From NCBI GenBank assembly GCA_000708835.1, contig DF237299.1:33660-97659 (forward strand): a stretch of 64,000 nucleotides of DNA, written 5' to 3'. Below are positions 25,148 to 37,841 of this stretch, piece after piece. Source of the DNA: Klebsormidium nitens. Taxonomy: Eukaryota > Plantae > Klebsormidiophyceae. The notes beneath the pieces were generated by a model. That model saw only the letters and a program-made list of their open reading frames with translations, ran no database searches and was not told the origin of the DNA. The position numbers and the translations under genes were made by a program. Each line of letters opens with the position of its first letter. The stretch's first letter is position 1.

Positions 25148-27941
25148 ATGGCAGCAGCTGTGCGGCTTCCCTCTCAAAGCAAAGCCTCCTTAAGGAATTA
25201 TGCCGCAGGATGTGATGCGGGCTTGCGAGCATCGCATTCTGTGATCCCCGCACTTCAAAGCAGATCTGATAAATTGCTGGCAAATCAGAGGGGTGCGCTC
25301 AGGCTCCCGAAATCTGTCAAGTTGGATAAGAAGTCAGCCGTTGCCACGCTTAGACAGGGGACTACGACCCGGACGGAAGTCACGTGCAGTTCAGCATTGG
25401 ACTCTAGCTTTCAAGCAGGGGGCGTAGGCACACATCGCACAAGATGGGGATCAGGATACGCAATCAGATCAAGGGCAAGGCTGCTGTTGAGAACGGCGAA
25501 GGGTGGGATGAATGGTCGTGGTCATCCTTCTCAACAGGCCACACTCGACTTCCTTGCGTGTCAGTCTGCACTGGGGCCCAGGCGCAGGCCTTCTGTTCAA
25601 GCCAGAGCATCCGAGTCAAATCTGATTGTGGAGAGACCCGCAATCAAGCAAAATGGCGCGCAGAAGAAGGAGATCTACAAGGGCCTGGAGGACAGCCCTG
25701 CCAAAGTCGAAAGGTGCATCATCGTAGATGAAGAGAATCACGTAGTGGGGGAAGCGAGTCGACAAGACACGGTAGGCAAAAGGTTGTGGGGCCGGGGGGT
25801 GTACTGCCTGGTTCAGAATCGGAGGGGCCAGCTCTTGGTGACGCAGAGGACTGAGGAGAAGGTGAGGAGAGCTGACGAATGGAGAAGAACTGGTCTAAGT
25901 TTCTTGTGAGAGTATTCTGTTGATTGCAGGTTGTGTGAGAGAGTGGTAATCACCAATGAACTGTGATCAACTTGAGGTGTGGTTTTAGAACGATGGAGAG
26001 CAAGATTTTCTGTGTGGTGTAAATGCGTTCTGTTTGGACTGTGTGGACTTAAGCTTAAGCTGCTAATGAGCTGCAATTCAAGTGGACTGACCAGCAGAGT
26101 CAATAACCATGGAGGGACTGGAAGGAACTTGTCATGCCTCCTCCCTTTCTTGTGCTGTTACTAACACGAGCAGGTTCAGGAGAGGTGCTTATGCAAAAGT
26201 TCAATTCAGAGATGAAAGTGTTTTGTCTTAAGATTTTCCAAAATGCATTTCTGCTTGATTGTGTGCGCTGGAGGGTATGCATTTTGTGACGCGCTTGAAT
26301 AGTTCAGCCCTTTGCAAGTTAGCGGAGAAGTAAGCGGCACCAAGTTTTGGGCGCAATCTGGCAGTTCTGCGGCGCAACTCACCCCAGAAGCTTGATCCCT
26401 GATTTCTGAGGCGCTCTAGAGAGGAATCATTGCAATTTTCATCCACTCGTAAACAACCTGTGGTTCAAGTAGTTTTCGAGAACTACGCTGTTGGCTTCTG
26501 CTCTTGCGGTCAATTGCCTCCTGTTTGGGATCCACCAAAACGCATAAAGAGGTTACAATCGAATGATGCTTCTTCTGACCGATCTAATTCCTTGCTTGAC
26601 CCAGGACCCAATCTGGTCCTGCCTGGTTCCTTAGTAAGAAGAAGTATACGCGAGTCTTCTTCATTTTTCCAGGTAAAACTTTGCTCAGTGCCAAAGCTTT
26701 CGATTCATTTTGAAACCTCTCTAACATCTCTTTTTGCCTCTGCAGGACTTGTATCCAGGGCACCTAGACGTCGTCGTCTCAGGCTGTGTGAATGTCGGGT
26801 ACGGTCACGGAACCTTTCAGCGAAGAAAAAATTGGACAGTGTGACAGAAAAGGTTTGCTAGCAATTTTGTAGTCCCCTGTGCCTTGTATTGCAGTTGCTG
26901 CAGGTGCTACTCGATTGTATTGTTTGTCGATCTGTACTTGGAAAGGCCAGAGACTGCTACAGAAAGCTAGAAGAGGGCTCCAGTCAATGCAAACTGACAG
27001 CCAACTCTCATGTTGTTGCGCTCCAGGGAAGAGTATTCGGACACAATTGTCCGAGAGCTGTCCGAAGAATTGGGCCTGAAAACCGTCGACAGGTAAAAGA
27101 TCAACCCCTTCTTCCCTCGTCTGCAACAATTTTCAACGGAGCTGATTGAATCGCGAGCACACTTACTCCAAAATATCTCTGTTATCATTGAGTTGCACTG
27201 CCTGTGAACGGATTGTCTCCTTCCGCGTTCAGGCTTTCTTTCAGCCCAAATGACACCGTGTTTCCATGTAACTTTGCAGGAAGGCGTTGACCCCGCTGTT
27301 TCTGTTCAAGTGGGTCGACGAGTACTGCCGCATCTGGGGCTGCGGATACCATTACGTGACGGACTGCGAGACGTTTGATCTGCAGGTAGGCTTGAAATTC
27401 GCTTGAAACTCGGCAAATTCGATGATCGAGTTTGTGACTCGCTGTTGCCGGCTTCCTCTCCCTTCGAAAGTAAATCTTGACGGTTGCAACGCACGAAGTC
27501 GGCATGAAAGGCCAGCTCCGGCGCCCTGAACGGGAAAGTGACTGCCTCCTGAATCCGCTAGAAAGCGTTCTTTTCTTGTCATTACAAGTTTGCTGCCATT
27601 CGTAGTATCCTCGCCTGGTTCTTAGGAGGCGTCGTTTTCTTATTGTTACAAGAAACATTCCGGTCTTTCGTTACCCTGTGCCAATTGTCCTTTGCCAACG
27701 ACGCCCCTTGACCTATTTGATCAAGCTCAGCTTTTAGAATGTGTAGCTTCGGCCAACTTCGTGTCCCGTCCATAAAAGCTCTTAATGGTCGAATCCATTC
27801 TGCCAGGTGGAAGAAGTGCAGTGGTGCAAGTGGATGGACCTTGATGAGGTCGAGGAGCTTATCCAGACCGCACGCTTCACGCCGGTGGGGCTCTCTGTGC
27901 TGCGTCGGTTCTTGAAAGAGCGGCACCTCCCGCAGTCCTAG
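25148..27941 (+). CDS. YfcD/IDI-like Nudix hydrolase with long N-terminal extension (possible organellar transit peptide)
   Basis: Exons encode IIVDEENHVVGEASR..GRGVYCLVQNRRGQLLVTQRTEEK | DLYPGHLDVVVSGCVNVG | EEYSDTIVRELSEELGL (Nudix box) | FLFKWVDEYCRIWG..FDLQ | VEEVQWCKWM..FTPVGLSVL. Stop TAG at 27939-27941. Confidence 0.85.
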
Positions 27942-28089
27942 TCCCCCGGTTGGACTTTTGTGTTGACTTCGCGTGCAAGATCACGCAGCCTCGCTGTGCA
28001 AAGTCTAGGTAGCCTTCCGTCCTGTACAGTGTATGCAGCCTTGCCGAGTAGCCAAACTCTTATCTCGTGCTTTGTGTGCAAGGATAGCC

Positions 28090-28500
28090 ATTGAACGCTT
28101 TGCTAGTCAAGAAAGTCTAGTGCAGTCTGTTTGTGAATAATTCTTTGTCTTAAGTGTGGGTTCGAGCAACAATCAACGAGTATTAGTATAGCTTAAAGCC
28201 TGGGATGTCAGTCAAGAAAGTTTGAGTGCCGTCAAATCTAACACGGTCCAGAAATTTAAAAAAACGTATGTTTGATCTGCATGATCTGTCAATCTTGGCA
28301 ACTCTTTCATCGCGTATCTTGACAGTCTGTCCCGTCTTTCATGAACTGCATAACAAACGAAAAACTTCGCTTGAAGTTCACATCATGTGATATACTCGTG
28401 TGTCCAATTGCCAGTATGTTTGCCTTCATGCAAGCTATCCACTGAGCCGCAGCTCTGGCTCTGTCATGTTGCGCATATGTCCTGCACGAAGCTTATATAG
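28090..28500 (+). repeat. Diverged inverted copy of 38460-38860 (last intron, last exon and 3' flank of the Uma2-like gene)
   Basis: Shared blocks include TCTTTGTCTTAAGTGT, TTCGAGCAACAATCAACGAGTA, CGTATGTTTGAT and GTCTTTCATGAACTGCAT; roughly 75-80% identity by eye. Confidence 0.8.
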
Positions 28501-29266
28501 CATACCTGCACGTTTTGATTTTCTATCTTTGTATGCACGTACAAAGACATGGGCGGTAGGGAGCCATAGCTTGATATACCATGCCATACAGCTACATGGC
28601 TGACGTCAGCACACAGACCCCACCGATGCACATGGCACCTGGCTCAATATCAAGTGCATGTGTCAAGCCGCGCACTGATGCACATTGCTGTTACCAGACA
28701 TGTGCATATAGCTTATAAGTAGTTTTGTATTTGCGTTGTATGGGATCAACATGAAGTCGCGGTGATTGCACGCATCCCAATCATGCTCCCCACTCGAGGG
28801 CCGGGCCGCACGTGCACGAGCTTGGCAAGCTGAAGTTAGTCGGGTCGGACTCGCTATATGCTCCAGATAGATCATACAGAGGGAGTGAAGCACCCGAACC
28901 TTAAGTGGTTCGAGTGCTTCGCATATCTCAGCCCACAGAAGACTCTTTAATTGGTAACTTAGAAAGTCGTTCTAAACAGATCTTTACATGGCGAACCAGA
29001 CCCATTTCAATCGATTCTGGTGAGTTCAGCCTACCTGTAGGTCCATGGCTCTGACAGGCTCGTCGGACGAATGTAGTCCCAGTCCATATACAACATCACT
29101 ATTGGCACTGCTCTCCGCTCTATACAGCTAGCTCCATGTTGATTGTTCTCGAACGTCTCAAACTCTTGGTTCGAAGCTTCTCTAGCCTGCAAATCGCGCA
29201 CCGAAAGCTCACTGGTTAAGCACTCAGAGCGTATTAGCCTACATCTCTAATCATCCTTCCCCCAAC

Positions 29267-31501
29267 TCACGGCCCACGCTCCTCCCTCTCGGCCGCTGCC
29301 GCGAGGAAGTTCAGCAGGGCCCCGTGCCCGGAGTAGTGCTCCATCGTCGCCCGGGAGAGCTGGTCCCCGCCCACCTCCTGCATCCACCGGGAGCTCGTCA
29401 CCCGGCTCTCAAACCCTGGGAACTTCTCCAGGAGGTCCGCAGCCGCCGCTAGGGTTATCTCCCATAGCTCCTGGTCGAAAACCGTGCCATCCCGCTTGAG
29501 CGCAGCAAAGCTCTCGTCCAGAAACCGCACGACCGCGTCGAGCAGCCCCCCTAGATCGAGACCACGCTCCCCGAGCGTCTTTTCGTCAGCGAGTAGGAGT
29601 GCGTTGCTAATGACGGCGGAAGAGAGCGCCAGCCGCAGGGGGCTTTCTGGCGCCGCGCGAATCCACGTCAGCAGAGCCGGCAGGACGGTGCTGACGTCAG
29701 CAAAGCGGACCTTGGCCCCGCCGGCCGCCTGCTGGTCCAGCACGTTGAGGACGACATCGAGGGCGCGCGCAATCATCCCGTCTGCCGGATCCTCCGCAAG
29801 ATTCTCTCCCCCTTCTAGATCCATGTCGTGCGAGCTCGAGGCCGGAGCGGGCTGGCCACGTTGCGCCGCAATCGCGTCCCGTGCGAACTCCCCAACGGCC
29901 CGGTGCGCCTTCTCCCGGACCATTATCTTGCACCACTCAACGTCTTCCGATATCTGCCCAAGCGCAGGCAGCAAGCACCACACCCCGCCCAGATAGGGGC
30001 CTCGTCTACCCGTGTCCGAACCACTTTGACCTCCGTCCGAATCGTCCGAACCCTTTACTCCGAGCAAGAACCCCAGCATCCCGGCCACCTTTTCCCGGTG
30101 CGCCTCGGGCGCCTCCGCCAGGAACCGTCCGAGCACTCGGACACTTGCGAGCACAAAATCGTCCGAATTCCGGCCGTGCTCCTTTGCCTGCTCCAGTAAG
30201 TCGATCACGACGGCTGCCGCCTCGCTGGCGGCCCCGAACGCCTTCTGGGCCGTGTCAGCACTCAGTTGAGGTTTGGGGGATCCCTTGCCGGTGGTGCGTG
30301 TGACCGTGCTGACGTCAGCAGCGGCCGCCTCGGCGAGCGCGTTCACACCCGCCTCGAGCAGGGCGTAGCAGCTGGTGACGGCCTCCGCCAATGCTGGCGC
30401 GACGACCCCAGTCCCCTTCTCGCCAAACAGCGCGCGCGCCACTTCGTTGAGCTGGACCGCGACCTCGACCCGTACGGTGTTCAGCAGAACCAGCAGAAAG
30501 TTGTCCCCCTTCATCTTTGACTGCCCTTCATTACCCATGCTCCCCAACAGCCAGTTCTCGCCTTTTGCCTCCACCATCAGACGTGCTAGTTCCAGCGCCC
30601 CCAGCCTGTGCTCCGCCTTTACGTTTTTGCTTTGAAGTAGGTTCTGGACTCCTCTTCGGACGTCGTCCTCCCACTTCCCTGTCTCGGGGACCCCCTGCTG
30701 GTGACTCAGCACGCCCACGAGACACCCCAAGCACTCAAACACCAGCATGTCCGTTCGCGCCGCAAATTCCTGAGCCAGAACGGGCACCGCAACCTCCCCC
30801 CCCTGCACAAAGCTCTCCTTGCCCGCCCCCCCGCTAAGCAGCGTCCCGAGCAATCTCACGCCGTCTAAAAACCACGCTTCTTCTCCCCCAGTGAAACGCC
30901 CAAGGCACTGGCACACCGCGGCCACCCCCCCCGACTCGAGCTCCACTCTTAGGCCCTCGTCAGAGGCGCTCGCAACCGCGAGCAAGCACTCGAGCGCGTC
31001 CTGGACAGGGCCTGCATCCGCCCCCCCCCTCACGACCCCCAGGAACAACGGCACCCGCTCAATGGCCTCAGTTGCGGCAGCCAGCCGGGGGACTCTGACA
31101 AAGGCGCTAACTAGACTGAGGGCCAAAGCAGCGTACGGGCTCAGCGGCTGGCCTCCCCCGGTCCGGAAAAGGCGCCCGATGAAGGCCCATCCAACTGCAT
31201 CAAACACCGCTTCGACGGCAGCCAAGTCGCCTGCAGAGACGAAGCGGGTGGCAAGGAGGAGGCCCACTAGGCGCTGTTCGTCGGACCCCCCCCGGAGAAG
31301 AGCGAGGCACTCGTCGAGGCTGCCTCCCGGCTGCTGGGGCCGGCCCGATGTGCTTGCCTGCTCTGCGGAGCTCTGGTCTTGTTCCTCCAGGGGGTTTGCG
31401 ACAGGGGGCTGGGGGGTTTGGGATTGGCCACTGTGATGAGGCTTGTCTAAGTCCATGCTCTCTGCAGGGGCAGGGGCTTGGGACTGCGCGGCTGCTGCCA
31501 T
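29267..31501 (-). CDS. NCDN: Neurochondrin family protein (ARM-like repeats), single exon, 744 aa
   Basis: Uninterrupted ORF with the family N-terminal motif LDECLALLRGGSDEQRLVGLLLATRF...VFDAVGWAFIGRLFRTG and the later motif FVLASVRVLGRFLAE. Confidence 0.92.
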   Translation of the reverse strand: MAAAAQSQAPAPAESMDLDKPHHSGQSQTPQPPVANPLEEQDQSSAEQASTSGRPQQPGGSLDECLALLRGGSDEQRLVGLLLATRFVSAGDLAAVEAVFDAVGWAFIGRLFRTGGGQPLSPYAALALSLVSAFVRVPRLAAATEAIERVPLFLGVVRGGADAGPVQDALECLLAVASASDEGLRVELESGGVAAVCQCLGRFTGGEEAWFLDGVRLLGTLLSGGAGKESFVQGGEVAVPVLAQEFAARTDMLVFECLGCLVGVLSHQQGVPETGKWEDDVRRGVQNLLQSKNVKAEHRLGALELARLMVEAKGENWLLGSMGNEGQSKMKGDNFLLVLLNTVRVEVAVQLNEVARALFGEKGTGVVAPALAEAVTSCYALLEAGVNALAEAAAADVSTVTRTTGKGSPKPQLSADTAQKAFGAASEAAAVVIDLLEQAKEHGRNSDDFVLASVRVLGRFLAEAPEAHREKVAGMLGFLLGVKGSDDSDGGQSGSDTGRRGPYLGGVWCLLPALGQISEDVEWCKIMVREKAHRAVGEFARDAIAAQRGQPAPASSSHDMDLEGGENLAEDPADGMIARALDVVLNVLDQQAAGGAKVRFADVSTVLPALLTWIRAAPESPLRLALSSAVISNALLLADEKTLGERGLDLGGLLDAVVRFLDESFAALKRDGTVFDQELWEITLAAAADLLEKFPGFESRVTSSRWMQEVGGDQLSRATMEHYSGHGALLNFLAAAAEREERGP

Positions 31502-32580
31502 GGTGCCTTATGATTATAGAATCAGAGGTAGCGAAGAAGCGCTAGACAGAGAGGACCGAGTGATAGGGAGAAGTTGAGGGAAGAAACCTCTTGACAAAAT
31601 TAACCAACAGCCTGCAAACAAGCGAGTAGAGTGTCTTCAGGAGCTGTCTTCAAGGTTGCTTGAATAATCGCAAAGAAAATTGTGCAGGTTTCTCAATTCC
31701 ATCTGAACTGGCCATGGATGAACTGGCCATGGATTCAAGCAAGCGAGGCAACGAATGACGCACCCAAGACTCTGCAAGCTCTGAACTTACTGAACGCTGG
31801 CCAGCCTTTTCAATCAGTACCAAACTGGACATTTTCAATATCAGAGCAGCGAAAACAGTGTCACCAAACAGGCATACCATCTTGCTAGGTCTTCTGGTGC
31901 ATGATTGATTGGTGGTGCTTCTCAGGAAAGGGACACCAGCTGCAGGTGACTTAGCACCACCATGCATCAAAGGGTGCCTCAAGTATAAGCAGCTTCAACC
32001 AATGCTGCATACTGCAGCTCACCCTGAAGTGCAACAATCCACTAAAACAGAACTGGTTCGAGCAGATCGAGGAAACCTCAAACGAAAAGCTGGGAACATT
32101 TTGGAAGACTTACCTCTGATCAGATAAGTTGTGGGCAACTGCACTGCAGTAATTCCCCACATCAAACATCACAGAATCGACAAAAGCGTGAAGCAACCTG
32201 CCCTGGAGTGAAAACGTTCGGCGCCCCTCGGGCCTCTTCGATCACACACACTCCAACGAAATCCTTCTTGTCTTCCTTCCGAGGGAATTGAACCGCCATG
32301 AAACCAGCAGACTCAACAACTAGGCAGAGAACAGTTTGCGAGGGAACGTGTCAGTGCCAGATCACCGTCAGAGTCACAAAACGGTGATGATACAACCATT
32401 ACCATAATGATTAGTACCGTTCTAAACTTGAAAATCGTCGTGAAGATACCTATTGGCAAGAGCTGCAGCCTGCGCCCCTCTGCCGCTTGTTTTCCTCGAG
32501 CTCTGCTTTGTGGGCGCAATAATAATATCAAAACAGCGTCAGGTACACGAAGACTCTGAGGCAAAAACAGCTTGAGCAGC

Positions 32581-35500
32581 ATGGGGAAGGCCAAGACGTC
32601 CCGCAAGGGCAAAAAGGCGTGGCGGAAGAACATCAGCTCTGAGGCGCACGAGGAGCTGGTGGAGCAGAGCACCAAGGAGGCCAGGGTGGGAGGACCGCTC
32701 GACCAGCTGCCAGACGATGCGCTCTTTTTTGTGGATAAAGAAAAAGGTGAGGTGGAGATTAAGTTAGGACGTGCTGGGTTTGATAGTTGCAGCTGTTTGT
32801 CATCTTGATGATTGGTGGCGACTGCTGAGTAGAAATTTTGAAAGTGGTGGTGTATATTGATGGTTGCAATGCAGGCCTGCATTCTCTCACCATGTACTTG
32901 AGTGAATTGTTTGTTGCAGATTGAGATTGCTGACAAAGTCGGATGCTCATTGCAGATCTTGCGGTAGAGAGGAAAGTGAACAAGGTCAGGAACAAGGGCC
33001 CGCTGCATTGTGAGAGCATCTTAGCGAGGAGCTCTCTCGTGGCGCCCGTGCGATGGTCAACCAGAAAGAAAGCAGCAGAGAATAAGGCTGCACCGCAAAA
33101 GCTCACTGGGTCTGCAGTCAGTATCAAAAAGGTGGGTCGTTAACTCTGGGTCTTTCTGCGCATATGCACCACCTCAGTATTGTCAACTGAACCAGCATGG
33201 TAATGGTCGTCAGGCATGGGAGGAGTCCTAGCTATGTGAAGTCTTGTCAAGGCATGTGAACAAGTGCGTAAAGATAGCAGTCTCGCTTCGGCGTGTTTCA
33301 CATTGGAACCCTAATCTAGATTAGGGTTTGCAATCGGCGCAGAATTTCCAGTGGGGCAGGCCGCATTCTTATGGCCCTGGCGCCCCTTACTGCTGAATAC
33401 CCCTTGGCAATTCTGTGGAACGAACAATCAGGTCACCCACATTCCTTGGTCTGGGCTTTTGCAGGAGAGTAAAACCAAGGGGGAGAAGCGCGTCTTGGAC
33501 ATCTGGGACGGTGAGCAATTTTAAGCTCTGCGAAACGAGCAGCCTTGCTATCTCAGCCATGCTCCTGAGGAACGGAGCTCTTCTTCTTTCACTGGACCAG
33601 GACGGTCTTTCAGTCAGTTGGCCACTGATCAAACTGATTGTCTGCAAGTTAAGCCCGGTTGGTATTGCACGCAGAATATCTGCCCCTTTCGGTGGTCTGC
33701 TCAGACCACGTTCTCAATGCCCGCGGTACTGCATGCAATCTCAAGGAGATAGTTTGACCACTTTTCAGCTTTTGTTCTCGTCTGATCACTCAAAGCAGCG
33801 CCAGTTCTGCATTGCAGATGCTTCCGCACAGCCGTCCAAGAAGGCGGCAAAGAGGCCGCAAAGCATTGCACCCGCAGTGGAGGTAGACCTTCCAGGCTGC
33901 TCGTACAATCCCGACACTGAAGACCATCAGGTGAGTTCAGGCATCAGTGTTACCTTATTCTGGTGACTCTTTTCAGCAGTCGGGACTGTTTGCATCGTTG
34001 GCTCAGCCATGTCAGCCTTCGTTGTATCTTGGGGGGAAACAGCTTATCAAGCCTTAAAAAGTGGGAGTCTGTTATAAGGAGACTTGGGCTTCTATGTTTG
34101 AGCCTAAGAGCCTTGTCATTGTTTGTAACAGACAACAAATCCAACTCAGTTATGAATCTATAGGATAGGTGAGCCTTGGGCGCTTGGCGACAGACCGAGA
34201 GTCCTTCCCAATGCCTTTTGGCAAGCGATGGGCGTCAAGTCTCTGGTTGGCTTTGGTCACCAGTTTCGAGGTTTGCACCTTACGAGTTGCGATAGCCAGC
34301 TCTTGTAACCCGTAATTCGGAGCAGTATCACCCCATGTAAATCTGAAAGCGGTTTTGGTGATTGCAGGATGCGTTGGCCAAGGCCGTGGCTGACGAGATG
34401 CAGAAGCAGTACGCAAAGGCGGTTGAGCCCACCCCCCCGCAACGGGCCAGCAACGGTGCACAGGATTGGGACGAAGAAGAGGTGGGAGCTCAAGAATCAT
34501 TCTGCTGCTTTTCCGGTTGGGGCCCCAATGAGACATCGTCATTCATCATGGGCCACCTGATGATGCCTTGACCAATCCGTCTCTTGTTTTAGACTCGTGT
34601 CTCAGCAAGCCTGGTGTAGGAGAACGTCTCAATTCATGCAAACTCACTCTCAGTATCGCGAGTTGGTCGATCACCTGCCGTTGCAAAGTATCCTTTGATG
34701 GTGGTGCCTGTTTGAAATAGCTGGTGTACCTTTAATACTGGGAGGTATTGGTCTGCGGTCTAGTTTTGCCAGGGGTTCTGGTCAAGGTATTCTAGGACTT
34801 GAGAGGGCAATGGTCAGCGAGGCTTTGTGCGTTTGTTTGTTGTCCTGATCGTGCACAGTACCTGGTTCGGCCCAGAATCTGAAAAACTGGTTGAGAAACG
34901 TAATTCTCAAACTGGAATGGACTTTGAGCCGAAAACTTGATCGCGCAACGATCTGGAGCGGCGTCTAAGGACAAGCGAAGGTTTGTCGATATTTGCGGAG
35001 CTCGCCACCCTTGATTTCGCTCTCGACACACATGACGTGTGGAGTTGAGAACAACGAGAGCACGAGCTTTGCCATCTCGGGCCCGTTGAATGCAGGGTCA
35101 ACATATTGCAGCGCGAGTCTGCGTTTGATGCAAGTTTCACGGCTTTCGTCGACACACTGGACTCCCCTCGTTTTTGGGACATATAGAACACCCCGCCGAA
35201 AGCACATGTTGTCCCCGCGGTTCAGAGGCCCGACTATCGGGGTTTGTTTCTTAGCTCTCTCTTCCCCTCTTCATGCAGCGGTTCTTCCTCGAGGCTGACG
35301 AAGCGGCGGGCACTTCGGAGGCAGAAGACGAGCAGGACGCAGAGGAAGCGCAGGTGTCGACGTCAAGAAGGTGGGGCTGGCAGTGTTCGCTGGCTCTTCT
35401 CGCTGGCTCTTCGATACGTTTGACTTGTTATTGCGTCTGTTTGATCTGGCTGCAGATGGTTTCATGTACCAGCGTTTTCGAGTGCTTCTTCAGGAGCGGG

Positions 35501-37841
35501 TTTCGTGTTGAATGTAAATTGATTGGTCTCCCTGGCACTTGTCAATGGAGGTTACTCGACCTAAAGCGACAACCCCTGTATGATGTCCAGTACCAGACCA
35601 ACAGGCGCTTTTCCTTTCAATAGTAGCTACATCGTTGGCACTCTTCTCATTCAAGCAAAGTGCTCTTTTCTACACGCATCGTGGCCCTCTCCCATCAGTA
35701 TCAAACGGTAGTTCTTAACTTTCGGTAAAGTCGGCCGTTGAATATGTTGCACCAGTGGTCAGCAATACTCTTTTCGACGTCGGGATCGAATCAAACGGTC
35801 TGTTTTGCGCTTTGTAGGGCTGACGCGAGCGGCAAGCTGACGCGTGTGGACCTGAACCGGCGGATGCGGCGGCTGAAGCAGGAGGCCGAGGAAGCGAAGC
35901 GGAAAGAGCTCAAGAAACTGAGGACGGACCTCGAGAGGTGCGGCGGACTTTGTCTTAACGACGTCTTTTCACCTTTTTGAACTCGAAGGAACAAGTTTGA
36001 CCGCTTTTGCCTGCCGTGTCCAAACCAAGAAGTTAGCTCGGCCCCGCTTAAATGTGCCTACGGATCAGAATACCTGATTTGAAGCATGTTCATGGGAGGA
36101 ATCTGTACGCGAAGCCTATACTGCTTGCCAGTCCATCATGTTTGCTTGCTCGTGCAAGAGCATCCTCTTCCTTGTTGGTGTCCCTTTTGGTAAGCCTGTT
36201 CCTTCGCTGTAGTCTATGTACAGATTGCGAGGGGCGCAACGTTCCTGGTCAATTTTGTTCGGATCGTGCACCGGTCTAGGATGTAGTTCAGCAGGTAAAG
36301 CACGGGTTTGGTATCACGTCTTGGTGGCTTCAAACGATCGATGCCCTCAAGCACCGGGCGTCGCTTTTTCTGCAGGCTGGAGCAGATCATGGGCGACGTG
36401 GAAGCGGAGCAGCGCGAGAAGGAGATGCGCCTTCTGCGCAAGAAGATTGCGGCCGCAGAGCGGGCTGCGGCGGCACCTCCTCGGTTGGGAAAGCACAAGT
36501 GAGGCCGCCCTGCCTTCGTTGCTTTGAAGAGTCGAATACTGCAGGTCTCAAGCCCTGATATCCGGAAAAAAGATGGACGGATATCCAGGTCTGGCAGCTG
36601 TATTGGGCGGCAAAGCCCGTGGGTGCGGGTCAGTGGCCCCTTTGCGTCGGGGCCCCTTAATGCAGAAACACTGCCACATAACCGTTTGCACTGGTCGTCC
36701 CGCCGATTGGAAGTGTTAAGCCGCTTTTCCCCTGGTGACGGCGTTCAGGGCCGACCGGGCTATGTGGAAGCTAGCCGTTGCAGCCCTGCCGCTTTATGTA
36801 GAACAGCCTCCGGTGAATCCCTTCATTTTGAGCATTCCGCCGTTCCGCCGTGCAGATTCAAGCCGGAGCCAGTGCACGTGCTGCTGTCGGACGAGCTCAC
36901 GGGATCGCTTCGCAATATGAAGGTGAGTGCGTGCGTGTGGGTTAGTTGCGCTGATCTTTGTGTACATTGCGGTCTCTCTTTTTTGCTTACCTCTTTGAAA
37001 GCAGTTTGCTTTTCGCTGGTCCAGAAACCCAGAACAGCAATTTGTCTCCAATCCGCAATCACGAGTTCATCTTTCGTTTTTCCTTGAGGCTGGATAGCAT
37101 GTGGTCTGATCTGCTTCACTTATTGTTCTCGCGATGTTGCCTCGTTTTGTGACAAGTGATGTACGATTCTTCGTCACAACGGCTGAGGCTGACGCATCGC
37201 GACGTTGTGTTGACGTGCTCGCAGGCGTACCCCGCCCTTGCAAAAGACCGCTTCAAGAGCCTGCAACGCCGGGGCCTAATAGAGCCCCGCGTCCCGAGCA
37301 AGTAAGCCTCCGCCCTTTGCCCTTCGAGGCTCAATTGCTCATTCTTTTAGGGGCTGTAAGACTGGTAGCCCCGCCCATTGCCCTCCAGGGATCTCTTGGT
37401 CATCATTTCAGGAGCTGTAACAGTAGCAACCCTGTTTGACGGTGCGACGGGGCCTTTCCACGAAGTGCCTTCCTGATGTTTCAAAACGGACGGTTGCGGC
37501 TTGGGCTGAGTCCGTCCGTTCAACTCCTCGGTTCCTTCTTCCAAGTGCTCGTAACGGAATGTCATACAAAGATTGCCCCTCTATCTTCACTCTCCACTCT
37601 ATCTTCTGCTTTTCCTTTCGACTTGGTCAGCGATCGTTCTTGCCGGTGAGGGCTTCCATGTCTCCCGGTTTGACAACTCCTGAATTGACGCTGTCGGGTG
37701 TGCAGGGGCCGCAAGAGCAACGTGCGGCGGGTGACGTACGAGCAGGGGTCCAAGGGCGCCAAGGAGCGGGAGATGCACGCGGAGATGCTCGCGCGCAAGG
37801 CGCTGCGGGAGCAAGGCCGCGAGTTTGAGGAGGTGCTCTAG
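32581..37841 (+). CDS. NOP53: Ribosome biogenesis protein NOP53 (GLTSCR2/PICT1 family), multi-exon
   Basis: Starts MGKAKTSRKGKKAWRKNI...LFFVDK. Later exons read VDLPGCSYNPDTEDHQ|DALAKAV, VLLSDELTGSLRNMK and RFKSLQRRGLIEPR. Stop TAG at 37839-37841. Confidence 0.95.
33307..33328. promoter_or_regulatory. Perfect 22-bp palindrome made of two inverted telo-box-like motifs in a NOP53 intron
   Basis: AACCCTAATCTAGATTAGGGTT is its own reverse complement. Confidence 0.45.
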
